NCBI GenBank assembly: GCA_963662405.2
Contig: CAXXKT010000003.1
Coordinates: 352,001-416,000 of the forward strand
DNA from: Syntrophales bacterium
GTDB lineage: Bacteria; Desulfobacterota; Syntrophia; Syntrophales; UBA2210
Length of the DNA: 64,000 nt
Direction: 5' to 3'
Shown: piece after piece, positions 11,392 to 19,650 of the stretch
How the letters are laid out: the number at the start of each line of letters is the position of its first letter
Numbering within the stretch: position 1 is the first letter of the stretch
Translations under genes and position numbers: made by a program
The notes under the pieces: model-generated
Told to the model about the DNA's origin: nothing
Database searches by the model: none
The model's input: the letters and a program-made list of their open reading frames with translations, nothing else

Positions 11392-14267
11392 GCATCTTTC
11401 CTTTCTTTCATAAAGGTTCTGATCGCTGTTTCCAGTTTCCCTAGTTCATCGTCCATAGCTACAATTTTCGTTTCCAATTGCTCTTGATAAAGCAAAACGA
11501 TCCGTCTGTACTCACAAAGATCCTTTTTTCCCAAGTGCTCAGTGATATCATGAGGAATCGATTTCACGAAATCGGAAAATGAGCGGCAACCATGCAATAT
11601 TCTTTTACGGGTGTCGATAATATCTTGATGCAATGATAATAGGTATTTGTCTATATTCTCAGTTTTTGAAAGGACTTTGAATTGCAGGAAATCATCACGA
11701 TAATCCTTCAAACCTTCCAGCTCCCTTCCGGCAAGCCGCTCAAGAGATGCATAATGGTCAAAAAGTGTGTGTACTACGTATGAATATCTCCCATTCTTTA
11801 GCGTAAGAAACCATTTCTGTTCTTTGATAACTGACATCAGGGTGTTGTTATCAGGAAGTCTGTTATTCCGGAAATCAAGATATTGATTGGCGTCAAGCCC
11901 GACGATTTGGCGCGGTGCATACAGACCCTCCGTATAATAATATGCCTGCCCGGGCTCCAATCGTGCAATTTCCTCCATCTGGAATTTTTCTAATAACATG
12001 GCACCACCTAGGTCTTCTCTGTCATTAAGGCTGACCAACCGGTGTGCAAGTTTGGTGCCGGTAGTTTTGACCACCGAAGCGGCTACAGCCGTTGGAAGCT
12101 GATCTGCTATGATTATTCCCTCGCCCATTGCCCGAATCTCCGCCAACATGCGAACCACAAACTCTGCCGCATAGACTTTTGGATCCGCAAAATCTTCAGA
12201 GGGGTGTGCATTGTCGCTCCGCCCCACGATATTGTGCGCTTCTTCAATTACCGTTACATGTTTCAGATCTCTGCTGTACTGTCGGGTAATTTTAATTTCC
12301 TCCCAAATGGAGGTAAGGAGAAAGAGCACTAATAGACAGGATTGAAAGGTGTTAAGGTTTTGCACTTCTATTACGGTCGGGTGTTTCAAGAGTTCAGTGA
12401 TTGAAGGCATAGACTGTCGGCAATTAAATATATTCCCCATTATAAGTCGAGTAAGACTGGATAAGCGCACATCTATTGCCGCCGCAAGATTAGAGCGTAC
12501 CTCTCCGACGTATCCTTTGGTTGCCATAATCGCTCTGGCAGCATCAACCAAGTCATTCATGACAGGAAAATCAGTCAGCTGCTGGTCACGCTTTTTGTGA
12601 CGCTTCCTGTTTTCATATACTGCCTCGACTGACTCTGACAGCAATGCCTGCAGAGGGCCGCCAAGCGGCATGGAAGCTTCGAAACATGTCAAAAGTTGAC
12701 TGATATGCTCTCCGGTGGTAATCCCCTCGCTGAATTGAAAAGGATTAAAACGAAACGGCGACACTTCCTCTTTTCCTGGTGTATAGATTCTGAGTTCGCT
12801 CGCCAAATTGCGAATCATGGGATCAGGATGGTTGCCAAGCATCTTTAGCTGACGATATTCTGATTTTCCCGGCTCTATGACAAGGAATGGTATCCCTTTG
12901 CCAAAAAGTTGAACAAGCAGGTTGAATATCGCTGTTGTTTTACCCGAACCGGGGACTCCCGCCACGAACATGTGCTTCGTTAAGAGATTGTCCGGCATGT
13001 AGACAGGCGCATTGCCTTCACTAACCGTAGCCCAATAATCATTATAAGTTCCAAGGTTCATTTTGTCCGGAATTGACTCATTTCCTGTTTCAATTGCATG
13101 CCCCACGCACAACCCATCCCCGGATGCAGTTTTTCGATGATAATCAGTTGATTTCCAAAGGCATCGAGGTATGCTGTATCCTGAAACGGGGAAGCGAAAC
13201 ATTCCTTTAAATTCGTCAACGGAAGCCATATGAATGAGTTTTTTAAGATCGTTGCCATTGAGGAAGTCTTGTGAAGTGTGGTCGCGTGACTCAAAAAAGG
13301 GGATCATCTCAATGCTTGATCGCAAAGATTGTGCAAACCATGGATGGCTTTTGTCATAATCAATCAGTTTGTACAGTCCTTCCTCCAAGCCGCATTCTGC
13401 GGCAGTTGAAGCTAAGATGCGTGCATTCTCCTGAGAAGCTGCCCATATCTTTATGCTGAATGCTAGTTGAGGCTGCCGAAGTATGCGATGAACCTCTCGG
13501 TGAATTTTCAGAAATTCATCGGCCATGGGATCCTTGGCCCTCAGTTCATTTTCTCCCGGTAGTTTTGGCTCATACAGATCCTGAAAGGGGTCCAGTTGGT
13601 CCACGTCAATTATATAGTTGTTCCTGCTGTAACTATTAACGGCCATTAATTTCACAATTTCTCTATGCTGCAATTCTAATTGATCATGCTGCGAGGTTGG
13701 TTGAATCATAATTTCCAATAGAGCAGGATCGCGTACATAAGAGCATGCCTTGTCAAACATCATAAAATCGTTGTCATCCCTTGATTTGAAGGGGTGGATG
13801 CAATAATACATTTCGGGAACAAACTCATTGAGCTTGTGAATGTCTAATCCTGGTGGGCTTGAAGGTGTGATGTGTTCTTCGAGCCTGATTATCTCTGTGG
13901 CGGCTTGAAAAGATTTCCAATGTATAGGTAACGTAGCTTGTTTTTCAAATTCGTAGAATTCAGCTAGGGGACCTGCGAGAATGATTTGATTAATGAAGTC
14001 ATGGGAAATATTTCTTCTCGTTTTGATTCCCAGACAGCACCTCAGCCTATCTTGCGGTTTCCCGCCCAATTGTGGATTGTAATAAAATCGAAACACTAGA
14101 GTCAGTGCTCCGGGCTGGAAATTCGCAACCATCCGCAGCAAGTGTTCGGCTCTCATGAAGATTTGTTCCCGTACGGAACCTTCATATGCGGTTGTGAATT
14201 TGTAATGCGTGTAATCGGGGATCTCAGGAATATGGAAGTGATATTGAATGTCATTCATAGGCGCCAA
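11388..14267 (-). CDS. HerA/FtsK-superfamily (DUF87-like) ATPase with long N-terminal domain
   Basis: KHMFVAGVPGSGKT (Walker A), VTVIEEAHN (Walker B), EIRAMGEGIIIADQLP. Confidence 0.88.
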   Translation of the reverse strand: MAPMNDIQYHFHIPEIPDYTHYKFTTAYEGSVREQIFMRAEHLLRMVANFQPGALTLVFRFYYNPQLGGKPQDRLRCCLGIKTRRNISHDFINQIILAGPLAEFYEFEKQATLPIHWKSFQAATEIIRLEEHITPSSPPGLDIHKLNEFVPEMYYCIHPFKSRDDNDFMMFDKACSYVRDPALLEIMIQPTSQHDQLELQHREIVKLMAVNSYSRNNYIIDVDQLDPFQDLYEPKLPGENELRAKDPMADEFLKIHREVHRILRQPQLAFSIKIWAASQENARILASTAAECGLEEGLYKLIDYDKSHPWFAQSLRSSIEMIPFFESRDHTSQDFLNGNDLKKLIHMASVDEFKGMFRFPVSGYSIPRCLWKSTDYHRKTASGDGLCVGHAIETGNESIPDKMNLGTYNDYWATVSEGNAPVYMPDNLLTKHMFVAGVPGSGKTTAIFNLLVQLFGKGIPFLVIEPGKSEYRQLKMLGNHPDPMIRNLASELRIYTPGKEEVSPFRFNPFQFSEGITTGEHISQLLTCFEASMPLGGPLQALLSESVEAVYENRKRHKKRDQQLTDFPVMNDLVDAARAIMATKGYVGEVRSNLAAAIDVRLSSLTRLIMGNIFNCRQSMPSITELLKHPTVIEVQNLNTFQSCLLVLFLLTSIWEEIKITRQYSRDLKHVTVIEEAHNIVGRSDNAHPSEDFADPKVYAAEFVVRMLAEIRAMGEGIIIADQLPTAVAASVVKTTGTKLAHRLVSLNDREDLGGAMLLEKFQMEEIARLEPGQAYYYTEGLYAPRQIVGLDANQYLDFRNNRLPDNNTLMSVIKEQKWFLTLKNGRYSYVVHTLFDHYASLERLAGRELEGLKDYRDDFLQFKVLSKTENIDKYLLSLHQDIIDTRKRILHGCRSFSDFVKSIPHDITEHLGKKDLCEYRRIVLLYQEQLETKIVAMDDELGKLETAIRTFMKERKDA

Positions 14268-14360
14268 CTTCAGTAATTAAGAATTTTCTGATGAGGTTTC
14301 AGTCATAATTTTCTAAAAATGTGGCAATTCTTAAACACTCGGTGAAAAAAGCACCCTTTT

Positions 14361-15320
14361 CTATGGTATGGAGAGGTCGCCCTTCGGTAATGCTGCAATA
14401 ATCGCCTCGGCTTCCTCTTCAATTTGCTTGCGGTTCATTCCCAGCTCATTTTCGAGTAACGCCCACTTGTCGCATGTAGGGCAATTTTTCCGTTTGTGAA
14501 CATTGGCGTATATGCATTTAAACGGGTCAGGAAATATCCATTCCTTCCGATTCCCCCACAATAAAAAATTATAAGGGATATCTTCAAGGAGGCTCTCCGT
14601 ATTTCTGAGAAGAGTGAGCAGTGCGATTTTTGCTTGGATGAGCGCTATAAAATGGATATCCAATCCAAGCCCAGGTTCGGCTTGATAGTGTTCCGTACTT
14701 TCTATGTTGCTATACGCAACGGACCCTATGGGTTTTGAGTCGAAACATTCAAGCTGCTGTATCGAGCCGATGACACAATCGTAGCAGGGCGTTTCTCCAG
14801 GAATTACCCGCATCACATCCCCGCCAAACGCGCGCTCATAAGCGCCGGCATATATAGCCGGGATTGAAATTCCTTTTTCATGCCACAATCGTATACACAC
14901 GTCGTTGATTATATATTTTGATTCTTCGGAATCCGTGCAGGGAAGAAGCAAATCAGAATTCTCGATCATCCATTCAAGGGTTGCTGTTTCTTCCGTTACG
15001 TCAACATTGAAGCATTCTGCCTCTGCCGCCGGATTGATATTGAGGATTGCATCCTTGACCGCCTCGGTTTTATACCTCCCGATATCACGCATTCCGCACA
15101 CATGACGCGAAACATTGTGGATTTCGAGTTTGTCAAAATCAGCAAGATAAAATCGAGAAACACCACACCTTGCCAGTGCAATTGAGGCAAAGGAACCTCC
15201 CGAACCAAGCCCGACAACAGTGATACGCTTGTCTTTTAAAATGTCTGTCTCGAAGATGCCGTTGATTCGCGAAAAAAGCTCATTGTGCGATAATGCCGTT
15301 TTTGTTTCTTTTTTTTGCAT
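14361..15320 (-). CDS. E1-like ThiF/MoeB-family activating enzyme
   Basis: VVGLGSGGS, DFDKLEIHNVSRH, K.EAVK, CTDS, PCYDC and C-terminal CPTC zinc site; GGAG RBS before ATG 15320. Confidence 0.92.
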   Translation of the reverse strand: MQKKETKTALSHNELFSRINGIFETDILKDKRITVVGLGSGGSFASIALARCGVSRFYLADFDKLEIHNVSRHVCGMRDIGRYKTEAVKDAILNINPAAEAECFNVDVTEETATLEWMIENSDLLLPCTDSEESKYIINDVCIRLWHEKGISIPAIYAGAYERAFGGDVMRVIPGETPCYDCVIGSIQQLECFDSKPIGSVAYSNIESTEHYQAEPGLGLDIHFIALIQAKIALLTLLRNTESLLEDIPYNFLLWGNRKEWIFPDPFKCIYANVHKRKNCPTCDKWALLENELGMNRKQIEEEAEAIIAALPKGDLSIP

Positions 15321-15352
15321 TGCTGTCTCCCGTGGAGCAATCTTCGGAACTC

Positions 15353-15961
15353 TCAATGATGAGCCCAGCGATGAGCGTAGTAACAAACGATGCCACAAAA
15401 ACGATATTTACTGTCTCCACAATCATGGCAATAAGTATATCGGGAACCTAATTTACCGCCGCATTGGGCGCACACATTATGAAGAAGATACCGGTCCGCA
15501 CATCTTGAGCTGCAAAATCTCAGTTTTTCCCTCATTGCACGGTCAACTTTATCGCTGTGCCAATACTGACTTGCCAGATGAGAACCGCATTGTGCACAGA
15601 TATTCTTATCCCAAAAGGAATCAAAACAGGAATCGCTGCAGAAGCGTAATTTTTTGCCCGTTTTCGAATTGAGTTTTTTACTATATGTGTAGCTCCTTCC
15701 TAATTTTCCACCGCATTCGGCGCAATATTCTTCCTCATAGTGTTTGTCGCGAAGATGCCGTTGAAAACATGCATCGGAACAATAACGTTTATCGTCATTG
15801 CAGCTTGTACAAACGAAATGAGTAAGATCGAGTTCTTTTCCGCACATATGGCAGCGTTTCTTAACCGGACTGGGAGAGGTAGCCTTAGGTGTCGAGACCG
15901 CTAAGTCCTTTCCCTCGACAATCTCACCATATTCATTAAACCGAGCTTTATTATAATCCAT
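15353..15961 (-). CDS. Protein with four tandem TRASH/zf-FCS(MYM)-like zinc fingers
   Basis: Four CxxCG...(F/Y)C(S/G)xxC units. Confidence 0.75.
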   Translation of the reverse strand: MDYNKARFNEYGEIVEGKDLAVSTPKATSPSPVKKRCHMCGKELDLTHFVCTSCNDDKRYCSDACFQRHLRDKHYEEEYCAECGGKLGRSYTYSKKLNSKTGKKLRFCSDSCFDSFWDKNICAQCGSHLASQYWHSDKVDRAMREKLRFCSSRCADRYLLHNVCAQCGGKLGSRYTYCHDCGDSKYRFCGIVCYYAHRWAHH

Positions 15962-16050
15962 TCAAGTTATGCCCTGTGTAACTGTTTTCAAGATGATTGG
16001 GTAATCTTATTCATGAATTGTTTTACAGTTGCGATTGAATCAGGCAAAAA

Positions 16051-16635
16051 TTACGCTTCTTTCCCAGGCCAATACTTACAGGGAATCTCGCTGCATCCGC
16101 AATGTTTTTCGTGATATTCATAACACCACAACCACGTCGAAGCCATCGCTATCAATGTGGCCCCTGTGGTGTTTGTCTGCCATGTGTTATCGTTCGGATG
16201 CATTAGGCAGAGTTCCCCTCCAGGAAATTGATGTTTCGGAGCGTTGATTTTAGGGTCTAGAACCCAGACATTTGGGTGGCTATACGGAAAATTTGAAGGG
16301 TAGATCAGTGCTACTTGATATGAACGGGTACCTTCCGGACGTACGTAACCTTTCCATGCCAGACCTTGTTCTGTTTCGAGGAGGGTAAAATAGGGGAACC
16401 TCACTTGCATCGCTCGTTTTTCCAACAGGAGTCGGCCCGGGTTGTCATGATACCATGCAAACCATCGCTGTGGTTTCAAACGAGTGGCTGATTCACCAGA
16501 GGAGGGATCAATTCTCCCTCCATCTTTCGACGGAATGGTATCATCTCCAGAAACAATCTCACCTTCTTCAAGGATGTCTATAGGTTTGCCTTCATCCAAT
16601 TGTCGCTTTATTTCATCCTCCAGACGTCTCGACAT
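16051..16635 (-). CDS. E2 ubiquitin-conjugating-like enzyme
   Basis: LAWKG, YPSNFPYSHP, HQFPGGELCL (catalytic Cys position), W....T; AGGAGG RBS. Confidence 0.85.
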   Translation of the reverse strand: MSRRLEDEIKRQLDEGKPIDILEEGEIVSGDDTIPSKDGGRIDPSSGESATRLKPQRWFAWYHDNPGRLLLEKRAMQVRFPYFTLLETEQGLAWKGYVRPEGTRSYQVALIYPSNFPYSHPNVWVLDPKINAPKHQFPGGELCLMHPNDNTWQTNTTGATLIAMASTWLWCYEYHEKHCGCSEIPCKYWPGKEA

Positions 16636-16756
16636 ATACACCTCCTTTTTCGAACCTCAGGGATTGAGAATAGTTCACATCGGAACTTATCCAAGAGTGA
16701 GACCATGCTTCCTTGTTATTGCCACGAAACCATCATACATGACCAGAAAAGAATCT

Positions 16757-17950
16757 TCATTCTCTTCTCAGGTCAGCAAACCCTAATATGTTCACAATAC
16801 CCCCAATACAGGGGGGTATTCTTCCAGATTCCCAATCAGACTTCAGTTTTTCCACCATCCCTTGCACATAGGCATGCCAATCCATCTCCCTATTTTCAAC
16901 ACGGCCGTCAAAATCAATAATATTTTCAATCGTTCCGTTGTGCAGCAAATACAGTTCCGGGAAGGTGTTTGGATAATCATGGGAACAGATCACCTCCAGA
17001 AAAACTCGTCTATAATGCGGAGAGGCAAATCTCCAGGCAAGTCTTCCGGTCGGCAACATTCTCAGGCCGACTCTACTACACAATGATTTGAGTGTTCTTT
17101 TTTCTGCCATCAATAGATTTTTCCCTTGCGCGGTTTCATACCATCGATCGTTCTTGTCTTTATGTTGTTCCACCGTTTCAGTATCATGTAACAATTCATG
17201 TGACACGTCTTGCAGCTGATTTTCTTTCGATACACAGCATGATGAAGAACCCGCTGATTCACGCCTATCGCTATGAGTGCCACCACCGTCTAACGATGAT
17301 GGGGCACCAGCGTCAGTGAACTTGTTACACAATTCTCCAGCATTGGTCTTGTCAAATGTCTTGCAGTTGACATATGCCGTGTAAAATTGACTGACTTTCT
17401 CTTGTGTGCCTAAGTCGCAGGAAGCAATCTGGAAGTGAAAAGGATGGAACTGGAAAGTGTTATCCATATAGTAGGGATAGCAAGCAATGTTTTGTTCAGT
17501 AGGCCAGAAGAAGTATTCAACAAGGGCACGATGGAAAGGCAACTGCAGGTAATCGGTAGTGTGAGACAATACCCACACGGGGAATACCATTAAATCTCCG
17601 GTTTTATAGTCGGGATCTTTCAATATCTCCTCCACGCCTTTTCTATCTTCTTCGCTCGGTTCTGTAAGTGTCGGAGGATGTTTATGCCACTCACCGATGT
17701 AATCGACTCCGGTTTTTTCGGCAAAGTGATCAAGTGCCGCTTGAGAAAACTCCAGGTCTCTTTCAAACATGGCGGGCCTGTGGACCGCTTTCGGTCCGGG
17801 GGGAGTGGCGTGCGTAATCAACCGACCATTAGGCAACTTTGTTCCCAATAACAGGCCCCCTGTTTCCAATCTATGATCAACTTTCAGAAGTTCCTCCTCA
17901 ATGAACGAGAGGACGGAAGGGAAAATTATAATATTTGGTGGAGGTCTCAT
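16757..17950 (-). CDS. JAB/MPN+ isopeptidase fused to a degenerate E2-like domain
   Basis: ETGGLLLG and WHKHPPTLTEPSEED (E..HxHx7Sx2D intact); C-terminal WY..LL.EKR..GRLAW..DYPNTFP aligns with the neighbouring E2. Confidence 0.85.
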   Translation of the reverse strand: MRPPPNIIIFPSVLSFIEEELLKVDHRLETGGLLLGTKLPNGRLITHATPPGPKAVHRPAMFERDLEFSQAALDHFAEKTGVDYIGEWHKHPPTLTEPSEEDRKGVEEILKDPDYKTGDLMVFPVWVLSHTTDYLQLPFHRALVEYFFWPTEQNIACYPYYMDNTFQFHPFHFQIASCDLGTQEKVSQFYTAYVNCKTFDKTNAGELCNKFTDAGAPSSLDGGGTHSDRRESAGSSSCCVSKENQLQDVSHELLHDTETVEQHKDKNDRWYETAQGKNLLMAEKRTLKSLCSRVGLRMLPTGRLAWRFASPHYRRVFLEVICSHDYPNTFPELYLLHNGTIENIIDFDGRVENREMDWHAYVQGMVEKLKSDWESGRIPPCIGGIVNILGFADLRRE

Positions 17951-17979
17951 GTATCAGTCCCATCTGTTCGGAAAGATAG

Positions 17980-19533
17980 TCAAAGGGTTTCGAGCAGCCG
18001 AGTCGCTTCGCGATACCCTTGTTCAGATGCCTTGCGAAGCCACTGCTCTGCGGTGACTTCATCAGCTGGAACACCTATCCCCTTCAGATAACAGTATCCG
18101 AGGTTGCACTGAGCAACCGCATTTCCTTCCATCGCCGCTTTATTATACCATCGTACCGCCTCAGCCTTGTCTTCTTTGACTCCTTCTCCATAGTAGTAAC
18201 AATTTCCAAGTGCGTTCTGGGCATCGGAAACACCTTTTTCGGCTGCGATACGATACCACTGCAAGGCTTCTCTCATATCTTTAGGCCGCCCCTGACCATA
18301 GTCATAGCAAAGCCCCATACCATACTGGGACATACCATGACCTCGTTCAGCTGCAAGCTTCCATAAGTGACATGCTTCCACCCTATCCTCACCGACTCCA
18401 TCCCCAAGGAAATAGAGAAGCCCCATCCTGTACAAAGCATCAGGATCGCCATCTTGGGCACCCCGTCGCAACGTGTCTAAGGCATCAGGTATCCATTGTT
18501 GAACTTCAGCAAAGATTTTTTCCTTAGGCTTTGAAGCATTCCAATACATGTCAAACCGTTCAAATAGCATATTGAGCTTTGCCGTATGGTCTTCGTCTGT
18601 GTATGGAGTAGTTGATGGATCCTTTTGATAGAGAGCCCCAGATAGCTCTGTGACATCACAAAAACGATGAGATGGGTCAAATTCCAAACTTTTCCATAGA
18701 ATGGAGGCTAAGGGTTCTCCGACATCCCTTAATTTTGGTTTGACGCCCCTGTAGTGCTTTTCCAGTATATCCTGGAGCGTTCCCACATAGGGAGGATCCC
18801 CATCCAGCAATTCAAAAAGGATGCATCCAAGGGAATATATGTCAGCTGTGCATGCAACATCTTTGGGACGAGCGGCCATGATCGATTCGGGAGCAATATA
18901 ATGGGCTACCGCCGATTCATTCCACTTAGTGGATGAAATTTTTACTCCCATGTTCTCTAGCTCGCTGGAAAGGCCAAAATCGGCTATTTTCAAGACATCG
19001 TTCACGAATAGTATATTCTCCGGTTTCAAGTCCAGATGAACAAGCCCGGCATCGTGAATGGCACCAACTCCTCGACAGAGTTGTTGAAAATAATTCAGTG
19101 CTTTGGCTTTTCTTTTCTCCACACCTGGGTTTGCAATCATCCAGTTTCTCAGACTGCCTTCAGCAAGTTCCATGGGCATCATTACAAGAGATAAGCCCTT
19201 GTACATACAATGAACAGGCAGATAACCATTTAAAATGTGACTCCTGTCCTTAATCTTCTCCCGTATACGGAATTCCTGGGCCAAATATTTGATAATTGAA
19301 GGCGTGTGGTCGTCGTCAGGTAGTGCCACGATCTTTAACGCAAGATTCATAGCCATCTGATTATCATAGACACAGTAGACAGAACCGTGCCGGCCTTTTC
19401 CCAGAAATTCCTTTATTTCGAAACGTCCTTCCTGCAAGTGGTCTCCTTCAGACAGCAAAACCGATTGAGAAGCTGTCGTATCACCTTCGGGCGAAAATCC
19501 AGCGTGAAACGAATCGTTTGAATTGTTCAACAC
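17980..19533 (-). CDS. Hanks-type Ser/Thr protein kinase with Sel1-like repeats
   Basis: LGKGRHGSVY, ALK, HLDLKPEN, DFG, APE, DIYSLG; four A(Q)..LG..Y..G.G...D...A..W...AA..G repeats. Confidence 0.95.
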   Translation of the reverse strand: MLNNSNDSFHAGFSPEGDTTASQSVLLSEGDHLQEGRFEIKEFLGKGRHGSVYCVYDNQMAMNLALKIVALPDDDHTPSIIKYLAQEFRIREKIKDRSHILNGYLPVHCMYKGLSLVMMPMELAEGSLRNWMIANPGVEKRKAKALNYFQQLCRGVGAIHDAGLVHLDLKPENILFVNDVLKIADFGLSSELENMGVKISSTKWNESAVAHYIAPESIMAARPKDVACTADIYSLGCILFELLDGDPPYVGTLQDILEKHYRGVKPKLRDVGEPLASILWKSLEFDPSHRFCDVTELSGALYQKDPSTTPYTDEDHTAKLNMLFERFDMYWNASKPKEKIFAEVQQWIPDALDTLRRGAQDGDPDALYRMGLLYFLGDGVGEDRVEACHLWKLAAERGHGMSQYGMGLCYDYGQGRPKDMREALQWYRIAAEKGVSDAQNALGNCYYYGEGVKEDKAEAVRWYNKAAMEGNAVAQCNLGYCYLKGIGVPADEVTAEQWLRKASEQGYREATRLLETL

Positions 19534-19650
19534 ATCAGCCCTCCTTCAATGTCTGTAAACTGTTTTATGGGCCAGCCAGATCATATTTCACTGAACTTCC
19601 GAAACAACGGCTTATGGTACTGACTCTGTATCTTACACGAGTTGCTCAGT

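Noticed and set aside
16640..16790. Search for a small ubiquitin-like ORF between JAB and E2 and in the other cluster gaps
   Set aside because: The gaps are short and contain stops; no beta-grasp-like ORF ending in glycine was found.
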